From sequence record MK962753.1: a DNA stretch of 64,000 nucleotides. One strand, written 5' to 3'. This document shows positions 26,344 through 34,257 of this stretch, in pieces. How positions within the stretch are numbered: the stretch's first letter is position 1; every line of letters begins with the position of its first letter. Below the pieces are notes generated by a model. The model was not told where the DNA came from and ran no database searches. It saw only the letters and a program-made list of their open reading frames with translations. The position numbers and the translations under genes are program-made. This DNA comes from Shigella phage JK32.

Positions 26344-26835
26344 TTAGTTGATACCTAAGCCAATGAAAATAGGTTGGTCTTCTACATTACCCATTCCAAC
26401 ACTACGTCGATTTAACTCTAAAAACTGCAATACGCTGTCAGTAAATCCGCGCATGGTAGTATCTAGGATAAAGATTGTTTTGTCAAGCCGACGACCTCGC
26501 CATGTAATCGGATTCAGGAAAGTTCGGATCGACGTACAATCTACATTTGAAATATTGACATTTTCACCACGACCGCGATCTCGGATCGTTTTGACATGTT
26601 CCCGCGTTGTCGAAACGATAAAGACACTATAGCCTTTTCGCGTATAATGGTCATATAACTTGATTGTAGCGTCTGTATGCCCTGTTTGACGCCCTAAATT
26701 GATTGAGACGATGGAATCTAGGTCATCAGCAAAATTGCGTCGCTTACGGCGTTCTATGATGCCATCTACGGCAGAAACACATGCAGCATAAATCAAATCT
26801 TTACTTTCTAATTTTACATCAATATTCATTGTCAA
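26344..26835 (-). CDS. Hypothetical protein
   Basis: ORF track 163 aa; degenerate P-loop-like GRQTGHT. Confidence 0.5.
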   Translation of the reverse strand: MTMNIDVKLESKDLIYAACVSAVDGIIERRKRRNFADDLDSIVSINLGRQTGHTDATIKLYDHYTRKGYSVFIVSTTREHVKTIRDRGRGENVNISNVDCTSIRTFLNPITWRGRRLDKTIFILDTTMRGFTDSVLQFLELNRRSVGMGNVEDQPIFIGLGIN

Positions 26836-26891
26836 GTCTCCAGTGAACGGGGAGAGATCCTTAGATTGTCTCCCCGTTGATGGTTAATATT

Positions 26892-27467
26892 TTATTTTGG
26901 ATCTGGGAAATTCAATAGAGCATATTCTCCATAAAATTTCCTAGCTGCATTATCATAAGCGATTGCAGCTTCGATTTCTGTGTCATATTGTCCAAGAACA
27001 TGTCTTTGTAGGTTGACCATTATACTAGCTCTCCATTTCTTACGCAAATCCTTCCTGTTACACTTACTAACACCCTTATACACACTAGAAAACTTTTTAG
27101 ACTTCTTCTTTCTATTATGTTGATTTTGCGCGTCGGTTGCCTCCCTAAGATTTGGAGGATTGTTATTAGCAGGATTACCGTCAATATGATCAATTAATCT
27201 AACTTGCGTCCCATGTTCTAGAAACCAAACAACCCTATGCACGAATAGATGAACTCTAGGAAGACCGTCATCTCTACTATGCCAAAATCTAAGATGACCA
27301 TCTTTATTTGTTCTGACTTTAACTAAATCGCCGTGTTTATATCTACTCCCTAATGGTCGTCCTTTGATAGCTTTACTATCGACTCTATAATATAAGATAC
27401 CCTCTATATGAGCATATCTAAGTTTTATCTCGTTTTGTAGGGATTCATCCCAATATTTAAAGGTCAT
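26892..27467 (-). CDS. HNH homing endonuclease with AP2-type DNA-binding domain
   Basis: IDHIDGNPANNNPPNLREAT...NQHN (HNH); C-terminal YKGVS...WRASI...AAIAYDNAA (AP2-like). Confidence 0.75.
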   Translation of the reverse strand: MTFKYWDESLQNEIKLRYAHIEGILYYRVDSKAIKGRPLGSRYKHGDLVKVRTNKDGHLRFWHSRDDGLPRVHLFVHRVVWFLEHGTQVRLIDHIDGNPANNNPPNLREATDAQNQHNRKKKSKKFSSVYKGVSKCNRKDLRKKWRASIMVNLQRHVLGQYDTEIEAAIAYDNAARKFYGEYALLNFPDPK

Positions 27468-27481
27468 TTTATAATCCTCAC

Positions 27482-27510
27482 AAAGCCAGCGATTAAGCTG
27501 GCTTTATTTT
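27482..27510. terminator. Hairpin terminator-like element between HEG and endolysin
   Basis: aaagccagcgattaagctggcttt followed by ATTTT. Confidence 0.4.
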
Positions 27511-27512
27511 AG

Positions 27513-27902
27513 TTATACCGGGTCTGGATATACCTTTTTATCGAGTTCCATATGCGGTCCGTCTTTAAAAGTAACCCAATCAACACCGCAGATAACAGGA
27601 ACACCCAATTCTCGACCAGCTTGTTTAAATGCATCAGCGATCATGCGGTAATATTTCATGTTCCATGTATCCTTATCTTTAGGATACGCTACAACGTCAA
27701 CCGCGAAACCGTGAAGATGACGAGATTTCATAGTCTTAGATTTACCTTCCGCAACATATTTCTTTTGCGTTTCTAGACTACGCACACCTTCCGTAATACC
27801 AAAATCGACCGGAGTCAGTTCTAATGCACGATGAACGACTTTTACTAGGTCTGGATGTACACCAACAAGCCGATCTTTGCTTCTTTGAGATAATTTAAAC
27901 AT
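27513..27902 (-). CDS. Peptidoglycan peptidase (M15 family), probable endolysin
   Basis: Zn-binding pattern around SRHLHGFAVDV and GPHMEL; 129 aa; sits at the e-gene position. Confidence 0.7.
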   Translation of the reverse strand: MFKLSQRSKDRLVGVHPDLVKVVHRALELTPVDFGITEGVRSLETQKKYVAEGKSKTMKSRHLHGFAVDVVAYPKDKDTWNMKYYRMIADAFKQAGRELGVPVICGVDWVTFKDGPHMELDKKVYPDPV

Positions 27903-27930
27903 TATTCACCCCCTTTGTGAGTGATAATAT

Positions 27931-28122
27931 TTAGATTCCGGTGATCCTGCATAGAGTTCTTGTATTAGCACCAATCAGGATCGCATTAACGACAACCATT
28001 CCCCAATCAACCCACTGATTATTATAAATGCTAAACCCGTTTGCAAGACCAAATACAAGCATTCCGGTACACATACTCAGAGCAATAATCAACATCACGG
28101 TAAAACCAAATGCAAATCTCAT
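27931..28122 (-). CDS. Small membrane protein
   Basis: Two TM helices. Confidence 0.45.
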   Translation of the reverse strand: MRFAFGFTVMLIIALSMCTGMLVFGLANGFSIYNNQWVDWGMVVVNAILIGANTRTLCRITGI

Positions 28123-28123
28123 A

Positions 28124-28390
28124 TTATTTTCCTTTTCTCTGTTTACGTTTATAAAAGTAATACATTACCTCATCGCGTCCGGTGATCCAACATGCTAGGG
28201 CAGTAAACAGGTTTACAATTCCCAACACACCTACGGATGCGGCGCTGTCAACAGACATAGGAACAGTAAAGGCCATAGCTAACATAGCAACGCCACAAAT
28301 GACATTAAGCACCATTATAATAAGACCGAAGAAAACCATTGTCAATCCTCCCAAATAAGAAAACCAACAATCACGCCAGTGATAAGACAT
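28124..28390 (-). CDS. Small membrane protein
   Basis: Hydrophobic, basic C-terminus. Confidence 0.45.
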   Translation of the reverse strand: MSYHWRDCWFSYLGGLTMVFFGLIIMVLNVICGVAMLAMAFTVPMSVDSAASVGVLGIVNLFTALACWITGRDEVMYYFYKRKQRKGK

Positions 28391-28533
28391 GATGCACCAC
28401 TAATCAGACAACCCGCGCCAAGCGATTCCCACCAGATCAGGGAAGCGACAATAACACCGAATCCCCAGACTACCGCAATCACAACATAGGCAAAGATCGC
28501 CCAAAACATATATTTGTTCATAATAAACCCCAT
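28342..28533 (-). CDS. Small membrane protein
   Basis: Two TM helices. Confidence 0.4.
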   Translation of the reverse strand: MGFIMNKYMFWAIFAYVVIAVVWGFGVIVASLIWWESLGAGCLISGASCLITGVIVGFLIWED

Positions 28534-28706
28534 TCACCAAACAAATAAGAAAAAAGCCATATCAACAGAAACGAGGCAATTGATCCGGCAAGCAAAATGA
28601 TATTAGAGAATCCGCTGTTTATCCAGTCGATCAAACAGAATACACCAGTATAGAAGCATAATCCCATTACAAAGCATACTATAAGCAACCATAGATAAAA
28701 CGCCAT
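28518..28706 (-). CDS. Small membrane protein (5' end lies inside the duplicated segment)
   Basis: MAFYLWLLIVCFVMGLCFYTG...; start codon copy repeated at 28970-28972. Confidence 0.45.
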   Translation of the reverse strand: MAFYLWLLIVCFVMGLCFYTGVFCLIDWINSGFSNIILLAGSIASFLLIWLFSYLFGEWGLL

Positions 28707-29123
28707 AGAAAGCCCTCTAGTGAGCTAATTTAGTGCGGGTAGTACATTACCCTACCCGCATTGTTAATCATCGCAGAGCGTGTTCTAGAACGATTCCACA
28801 CCAACCGCTAACCACACCCAAACACACAGCAACAAGCAGATTCATTCGGTCTTTTGAGCAAAATGATATTAGAGAATCCGCTGTTTATCCAGTCGATCAA
28901 ACAGAATACACCAGTATAGAAGCATAATCCCATTACAAAGCATACTATAAGCAACCATAGATAAAACGCCATAGAAAGCCCTCTAGTGAGCTAATTTAGT
29001 GCGGGTAGTACATTACCCTACCCGCATTGTTAATCATCGCAGAGCGTGTTCTAGAACGATTCCACACCAACCGCTAACCACACCCAAACACACAGCAACA
29101 AGCAGATTCATTCGGTCTTTTGG
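28592..29123. repeat. Perfect tandem direct duplication, 2 x 266 bp
   Basis: 28592-28857 reads identically to 28858-29123 by eye; contains hairpin gcgggtag/ctacccgc. Confidence 0.85.
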
Positions 29124-29194
29124 AATCATCGCAAACAGAACAACACCCACACAGAAAGCCATCACCATTGAAGTTAACATTTGTTCAACCATTA

Positions 29195-29533
29195 TCACAC
29201 CTTTAAAGTCATAGACGCATAAACATTAATGCCAGGCCAGTTAGGATCGCAATTATACTCAACATCCCACAAATAAAGCGGTTTAGATGTATCAGCCAAG
29301 TTTTTAAAATCTTCTACCCACATTTCAATGCTATATGATGGATAAACTAGGCTGTCATATCCTCCGTAACGTTGGCCTACTGGTCGGTCAGTAAAAACTA
29401 CCTCAAGATCCGGTAATTCTTTTTCAAGGATAACCGCCAGCGCATAAATCAGACGGTCTTCCTTGTTACGCTGCCGAAGGACCGTTGTCAGTTGGTTTTT
29501 CTGGTTCACTAGCAAGCACCTCCACATTTTCAC
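29195..29533 (-). CDS. Hypothetical protein; start uncertain
   Basis: ORF track. Confidence 0.4.
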   Translation of the reverse strand: MKMWRCLLVNQKNQLTTVLRQRNKEDRLIYALAVILEKELPDLEVVFTDRPVGQRYGGYDSLVYPSYSIEMWVEDFKNLADTSKPLYLWDVEYNCDPNWPGINVYASMTLKV

Positions 29534-29786
29534 AGAATGAAATTTTCACAGACACAATTTTACCATAAGTGAAGAATGAATATACATTATCGAGATATTC
29601 AACGTCACCTACAATCACATCAAACTGCGGATCAGCAACCGCCGCAACATATTCTACCAGTTCATCAAGAGAATGCAACTTAATTTCATCAATTCGGCTG
29701 TATTTGGTTGCATCTTTAATTTTAAAACCACGTTCTTTCAGTTTGTCAATCAGAATTTCACGCGGAGTTTCAAACAGTTTGCTCAT
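29466..29786 (-). CDS. Hypothetical protein
   Basis: ORF track. Confidence 0.45.
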   Translation of the reverse strand: MSKLFETPREILIDKLKERGFKIKDATKYSRIDEIKLHSLDELVEYVAAVADPQFDVIVGDVEYLDNVYSFFTYGKIVSVKISFCENVEVLASEPEKPTDNGPSAA

Positions 29787-29807
29787 AATATAATCCTCAC
29801 ATTAAAT

Positions 29808-30008
29808 CTAAAATTTGTTAACGACGAATTGCATAATTAGACTAATCACAAACATTGCAAACCAAGTATAAATGCAACAGATAAAAGCTACATACAATTC
29901 AATCTGGTCAGAGAATACACCGGGTAAAAGCATTAGCAAAATAACAACAGTAAAGACGCTAGCGATACCCGCAACAAAACCAATATCATTTTTACTAATC
30001 GTCATCAA
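29808..30008 (-). CDS. Small membrane protein
   Basis: Hydrophobic helices. Confidence 0.45.
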   Translation of the reverse strand: MMTISKNDIGFVAGIASVFTVVILLMLLPGVFSDQIELYVAFICCIYTWFAMFVISLIMQFVVNKF

Positions 30009-30202
30009 GTCACCGTTTTGTAAAGAAACACAATAAAATCCAAGACAAGAAAGACAGTGTAAATGATCATCGTCAAGACAGTAAACACTGTCAGATTTTC
30101 ATCGTTAGTTAATTCATAGTCGCCCATCCATACAATAACAAGATATAGCATTGAAAGAATGGAAGCACCTACGAAGTTAAAAACATATTCTTGAGCGTCA
30201 TA

Positions 30203-30385
30203 TTAACAACCATCGCGGCTTAAGTCAACAGCAATTGCATACAGCATAATGAATATGCTAGCAGATCCGAGAATCAATGCACCCTCACATTTTGAAACTC
30301 GCTCATCAAAATGTAACATTATCCATCCGAGGATGTTAAAGGCGCAGACCGCGCCTATGTTCGCTAACCAATTAATCTTTTTCAT
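30203..30385 (-). CDS. Small membrane protein
   Basis: Hydrophobic helices. Confidence 0.4.
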   Translation of the reverse strand: MKKINWLANIGAVCAFNILGWIMLHFDERVSKCEGALILGSASIFIMLYAIAVDLSRDGC

Positions 30386-30393
30386 AATATACC

Positions 30394-30720
30394 TTAGAAA
30401 GAAACAGTTTTCAAGAAATCCAGATTTTTAGTACCGAAAACAGAAAAGTAGTGTTTTCCTTTTTCGGTTTTAGAGAAAGCGATTGTCTTCTCTACATGGT
30501 GACGGAAGCCAGACAGACGATCACCCAAGTCAAGGCGGCAAGCGTAAGTAGTGCCGTTTTCGAAAGTAACCTCGATTTGAGTTTTGTCATATTCGCTTTC
30601 ATAGGCTTTTGCTGCCGCGTCCTTTGCTTTACGCTCGAAGTCTTCGAAGTGGAATACTTCGTTTGCGTTAGCGAATACAGAAGATTCAGAGAAGATAACT
30701 TTAACAGATACTGGTTTCAT
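30394..30720 (-). CDS. Hypothetical protein
   Basis: ORF track; ATG after conserved leader. Confidence 0.55.
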   Translation of the reverse strand: MKPVSVKVIFSESSVFANANEVFHFEDFERKAKDAAAKAYESEYDKTQIEVTFENGTTYACRLDLGDRLSGFRHHVEKTIAFSKTEKGKHYFSVFGTKNLDFLKTVSF

Positions 30721-30762
30721 TTTGATACTCCTTAGTAGTTCGTGTTTCGTTTCGATGGGTGT

Positions 30763-30791
30763 ATTATGCTATACACCCTCTCGCGTGTCAA
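30763..30791 (-). promoter_or_regulatory. Sigma70-type early promoter (TTGACA-17-CATAAT)
   Basis: Reverse strand TTGACA cgcgagagggtgtatag CATAAT. Confidence 0.6.
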
Positions 30792-30799
30792 CAACTTTT

Positions 30800-30988
30800 T
30801 TAGTCTTTTTTCATAATTTCTAGAGCAGTTTCTACCGCACCTTTCCAACCTTCCCACATAATGGACATAGTAATGAAGTTAAAGCACCCGCAGAAATCAA
30901 CCTTTTTAGAGATAAACCATTCTACAAACGCTTCGCTCATACCATGCTCTTTAGCGGATTCGCGTAATTGTTCAATTTGGTCTTCCAT
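30800..30988 (-). CDS. Hypothetical protein
   Basis: ORF track. Confidence 0.45.
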   Translation of the reverse strand: MEDQIEQLRESAKEHGMSEAFVEWFISKKVDFCGCFNFITMSIMWEGWKGAVETALEIMKKD

Positions 30989-30997
30989 AGTATCACC

Positions 30998-31249
30998 TCA
31001 ACATTTAACGTTATTCAAACGATTTTGAAAGTACATATAGCAAGCATAATTTTGCTTTGGTTGTACCGTGTCAGATAGACACGCTTTTACAGCCTCGCGG
31101 TCCGATGGATCTACACCCTCAGCCTTAAGTAATGCTAAAATCTGGTTATAGCGTACTCTTAGTTGTACTAATGGTTTCTCTCCCATATTACACCCCTTAC
31201 AGTTGATCAGCGATGTATGCGGTGCAAGCGCGGAGTTTTGCCATAGCAC
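30998..31249 (-). CDS. Hypothetical protein
   Basis: ORF track. Confidence 0.4.
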   Translation of the reverse strand: MLWQNSALAPHTSLINCKGCNMGEKPLVQLRVRYNQILALLKAEGVDPSDREAVKACLSDTVQPKQNYACYMYFQNRLNNVKC

Positions 31250-31424
31250 CGCCTTTCATGTCACTAGCACCGACAATGTTCATGATCTCTAAGCGATCCG
31301 CTGGATTTAAGCGGGTAGCCCAGATCTGATTAGCCAGTTCCAGTTTACCCATTTGAGGTTCAATTTCTAACATTTCACGCTCAAAGTCGATGATTTCTTT
31401 TGCTGCTTCTTTAAAGTTGATCAT
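31197..31424 (-). CDS. Hypothetical protein
   Basis: ORF track; ATG after conserved leader. Confidence 0.5.
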   Translation of the reverse strand: MINFKEAAKEIIDFEREMLEIEPQMGKLELANQIWATRLNPADRLEIMNIVGASDMKGGAMAKLRACTAYIADQL

Positions 31425-31453
31425 TTTGATTCTCCCGTTTCGTTGATGGTTGT

Positions 31454-31482
31454 ATTGTAGGGGAGTTATACTCCCCTGTCAA
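31454..31482 (-). promoter_or_regulatory. Sigma70-type early promoter (TTGACA-17-TACAAT) with hairpin in spacer
   Basis: Reverse strand TTGACA ggggagtataactcccc TACAAT. Confidence 0.5.
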
Positions 31483-31491
31483 CACTTTTTA

Positions 31492-31677
31492 TCAGAAATA
31501 TGCGATATAGTTTGCCAGTCCTACAGAGTCATCATTCGGCATTGCTTTTACTGCTAGTTCAAACCCTGCTTCAACTTTCTGTTTAGCGGATTCTTCGTTA
31601 TAACCCCAGATTACCAGAATAGCTACTACGTTTTCTTTGCTTACTGCTTTCAGTGCTTTAGTGATGCGACGTGCCAT
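31492..31677 (-). CDS. Hypothetical protein
   Basis: ORF track; ATG after conserved leader. Confidence 0.5.
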   Translation of the reverse strand: MARRITKALKAVSKENVVAILVIWGYNEESAKQKVEAGFELAVKAMPNDDSVGLANYIAYF

Positions 31678-31723
31678 AATTTGATTCTCCTAGTTAGAAA
31701 GTGTGTTTCGTTTCGATGGGGGT

Positions 31724-31752
31724 ATTATGCTATAGGCGTGATCTGGTGTCAA
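31724..31752 (-). promoter_or_regulatory. Sigma70-type early promoter (TTGACA-17-CATAAT)
   Basis: Reverse strand TTGACA ccagatcacgcctatag CATAAT. Confidence 0.6.
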
Positions 31753-31780
31753 CAACTTTTTTAAAAAAATTTAGGCAATA

Positions 31781-31806
31781 AAAAAAGCCACTCCGAAGAG
31801 TGGCTT
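31781..31806 (-). terminator. Rho-independent terminator
   Basis: Hairpin agccactccgaagagtggct flanked by A7 and T-rich runs. Confidence 0.6.
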
Positions 31807-31954
31807 ATAGGGAAGGTAGCGAATCTTCCTTGTCTCCAACCTGCTAGCGGCCTAGCAAGTGAATGCTTTAGCGTACCGGGTCACCCCATACGCTGTAATA
31901 AATGCGGCTAGGTGACGTCCAAATCATTCTAACCGCGCTGTCTTTAGTTCACTA
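31807..31954 (-). ncRNA. Candidate structured non-coding RNA (about 150 nt, no ORF)
   Basis: Coding-free GC-richer island with nested inverted repeats (gtcacc...ggtgac; gctagcggcctagc), ending in a strong terminator. Confidence 0.25.
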
Positions 31955-32173
31955 TTATTTATATCGCTTTCTCTCGCGACGTTTTTGATCTTCTTCCTTG
32001 ATAGAGTCAAATGCATCAAAAAGACACATGAGACTGATAATGAACATAACCGTATTTTCTACGATATCCCACGTCTTCGCATCAGTACAGATCCCCCAAA
32101 CGGTAAGAAATGCAAATAGTGCAGAAGAGATCACAAGCATGATACTTGCTAAGATATAAAAAGTCATTTTCAT
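31955..32173 (-). CDS. Small membrane protein
   Basis: Hydrophobic helices. Confidence 0.45.
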   Translation of the reverse strand: MKMTFYILASIMLVISSALFAFLTVWGICTDAKTWDIVENTVMFIISLMCLFDAFDSIKEEDQKRRERKRYK

Positions 32174-32364
32174 GGTTTTACCTCAATTTTTCGATATTCA
32201 TCACACATCCACGCAGTAAGCAAGAATCCCAGCACATAAGCAACAAAATACGTTAATGCTTCTTCTGGTTTCGTGCTATGTATCATCAGTAAACCAGCGA
32301 GAAAGGTCTTAACAATTACATTTAAAATAATTAGCCACGCAAATAATTTCATCGTTTGCCCCAT
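32170..32364 (-). CDS. Small membrane protein
   Basis: Hydrophobic helices; 4-nt overlap coupling. Confidence 0.45.
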   Translation of the reverse strand: MGQTMKLFAWLIILNVIVKTFLAGLLMIHSTKPEEALTYFVAYVLGFLLTAWMCDEYRKIEVKP

Positions 32365-32588
32365 TTCGGTCGAGCCTTTTCAAACTTATACATTCCGTAA
32401 CAATCTCGAATCATCCACGTAACAAGAGCACCAGTCAACACAGACAATACACAGAAGAAGTAAAACGGTCCGGTTGCATTATCAACATGAGCAAGCCATG
32501 TAAAGAAAACACATGCAAGGAACGTGAAGAACATCATAAAGCACAAGAAAGCAAAATATTTTATACTACTCATAGCGCCACCATACAA
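32349..32588 (-). CDS. Small membrane protein
   Basis: Hydrophobic helices. Confidence 0.45.
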   Translation of the reverse strand: MYGGAMSSIKYFAFLCFMMFFTFLACVFFTWLAHVDNATGPFYFFCVLSVLTGALVTWMIRDCYGMYKFEKARPKWGKR

Positions 32589-32676
32589 CAGATCACAAGA
32601 AACCCCAACGCAATAAGAATTTCATCAAATTTAGTGAACTCCGGTCCACCTATCAACATCATTCGTTCCTGTTCAT

Positions 32677-32874
32677 TCATAGATCACAGAGCCATCTGAA
32701 AGCACCACATAAAGCGAGCAGAATACTAGGTATAAACGAGACTAAAACAAGACTACAAAAATCATCTAAGGTAACGCCGGAATAGCTACCTACTGTAACA
32801 ACACCGATTATCAGACACAGAAAGAAAACAAATGCAACCAGAAACAAAGTATTGCTAAACAGTTTAGTGATCAT
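32677..32874 (-). CDS. Small membrane protein (start refined to MITKLF)
   Basis: Track ORF 32677-32919 overlaps its neighbour; internal ATG at 32874 removes the overlap. Confidence 0.4.
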   Translation of the reverse strand: MITKLFSNTLFLVAFVFFLCLIIGVVTVGSYSGVTLDDFCSLVLVSFIPSILLALCGAFRWLCDL

Positions 32875-33067
32875 TAGACACCCCACGACGATCAATTTCA
32901 AAAACTTTTTTATCATCAACGAAGCATGTCACAACTGCCTCGTTGACTTCCGCAAATTGTTGTGTTACCCACTTAAGGTCAGAGCGAAACAATGTTCTAT
33001 TAATAACAAATGTTTTACCGCTCTTATCCTTACCCATAAATTTTGCTTTAACCATATCCAATTCCAT
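32864..33067 (-). CDS. Hypothetical protein
   Basis: ORF track. Confidence 0.45.
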   Translation of the reverse strand: MELDMVKAKFMGKDKSGKTFVINRTLFRSDLKWVTQQFAEVNEAVVTCFVDDKKVFEIDRRGVSNDH

Positions 33068-33068
33068 A

Positions 33069-33235
33069 TTATCACCTTATTTGCTAATCGCTAAACCCAA
33101 TCCGAAGAGAGCACCCGATGCTACAGTATACCCGAAAGTTTCAAAGGCAGTAAAGATATCTAAGCCGCCAGCTAACAGAGTTGCAGTAAACAGAGTACCA
33201 GCTACGAAAATAAAAGTTTTACCGATAAATTTCAT
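33069..33235 (-). CDS. Small membrane protein (about 52 aa), absent from ORF track
   Basis: ATG directly after GGAGAATCAAA leader; translation MKFIGKTFIFVAGTLFTATLLAGG. Confidence 0.35.
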
Positions 33236-33266
33236 TTTGATTCTCCTTTCGTTTGTTTGTGGGGGT

Positions 33267-33295
33267 ATCTTACTACCCCCGTTTCATGTTGTCAA
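33267..33295 (-). promoter_or_regulatory. Sigma70-type early promoter (TTGACA-17-TAAGAT)
   Basis: Reverse strand TTGACA acatgaaacgggggtag TAAGAT; hairpin gggggta/taccccc. Confidence 0.5.
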
Positions 33296-33301
33296 CTATT
33301 T

Positions 33302-33680
33302 TTAAGAATATTTTACTTCGTCTACAATGTCTTTCATGACATTGATTTCCATTCCGGTCAGAACACGTTGGAACATGTGCTGCACATACGCTTTCAGGTA
33401 TTCATTTGATGGCTTACTATCGAAAGTCTTTTTAGTGTAGTAGTCATCACCGAAAGCTACTGTAATTACATTTTCGTCGTCGTTCCAAGCGATATAAGCA
33501 AATTTGCCGTTATCCCAGAAGCGAGCACTAATTGCTACTTTTGTTGAATCGAATCCTACTTCGCTGTGAGATTCAAGAACTACTTGTGTGCCAGTTTCTT
33601 TATGAATGTAGTAGCGGGATACTAAGTCAAAGTTACGGGTGTAGTGACATTCGAATTTATCTTTAAACATCATCATTTTG
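33302..33680 (-). CDS. Hypothetical protein (start at MMMFKDKF after conserved leader)
   Basis: Track ORF 33302-33745 trimmed to ATG following GGAGAATCAAA. Confidence 0.5.
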
Positions 33681-33713
33681 ATTCTCCTAAGTGTGTTTCG
33701 TTTCGATATGTGC

Positions 33714-33742
33714 ATTATGCTATAGTCGTTTATGGTTGTCAA
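33714..33742 (-). promoter_or_regulatory. Sigma70-type early promoter (TTGACA-17-CATAAT)
   Basis: Reverse strand TTGACA accataaacgactatag CATAAT. Confidence 0.6.
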
Positions 33743-33753
33743 CACCTAAAAAC

Positions 33754-33780
33754 AAAAAAACCCCGAAAAATTTTCGGGGT
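33754..33780 (-). terminator. Rho-independent terminator after 57B
   Basis: Reverse strand hairpin ccccgaaaatttttcgggg followed by T7. Confidence 0.65.
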
Positions 33781-33786
33781 ATAAAA

Positions 33787-34257
33787 TTACAGTTTGGTCG
33801 TCCACTCCAGGTCTAGATCTTCGACATACTCATGAGATCGGACAATCTCTAAATCGAACTCTAGGTCAGTGCCAAATTTACGCGCACCAACATCATAAGA
33901 AAGCGTGATATGCGGTACATATTCAGGATAATCCCACGTCGCACCTAAAGCAGTTCCGATATCGTGTCTGAATTGCATGTAGTCGCTTTCAAATGCCAGC
34001 ACAAGCGCATTAGTACCGGATTGAGTTTCAAACACTTTCAGATGGCATAGAGAGCCTAAAAACTTTTCACCCTCTTCTGGGATAAACGGAACATAGACAC
34101 GAGAATATAAGATAGTGCTATGCAGTTTATCACGAGGAACGGCATTAGGCAGATCGTAGAACTCCTGCAATTTTTCAATGCGGTCTAGTGTATCCTCAGT
34201 GAATTTAACAGCCGCATATGTACCTTTAACGGATTCTCGAAACGGGGTCATAATCAA
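33787..34257 (-). CDS. 57B: 2H-phosphoesterase-like protein at the gene 57B position (Acb1-like anti-CBASS candidate)
   Basis: Two H-x-T/S-x motifs (LHSTIL, PHITLSY); position immediately before 57A-1-3-2-4 as in T4. Confidence 0.6.
   Translation of the reverse strand: MIMTPFRESVKGTYAAVKFTEDTLDRIEKLQEFYDLPNAVPRDKLHSTILYSRVYVPFIPEEGEKFLGSLCHLKVFETQSGTNALVLAFESDYMQFRHDIGTALGATWDYPEYVPHITLSYDVGARKFGTDLEFDLEIVRSHEYVEDLDLEWTTKL

Noticed and set aside
28592-29123. Possible CRISPR array
   Set aside because: Only two long (266 bp) identical units with no spacers; this is a segmental duplication, not a CRISPR array.
28733-29214. Two plus-strand ORFs with identical 41-aa N-termini (28733-28927 and 28999-29214)
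   Set aside because: Their identity is a by-product of the 266-bp tandem duplication; they are on the non-coding strand of a minus-strand gene block.
31807-31954. tRNA gene in the coding-free island
   Set aside because: No acceptor stem, T-loop (GGTTCGAATCC-like) or anticodon arm could be folded by eye on either strand.
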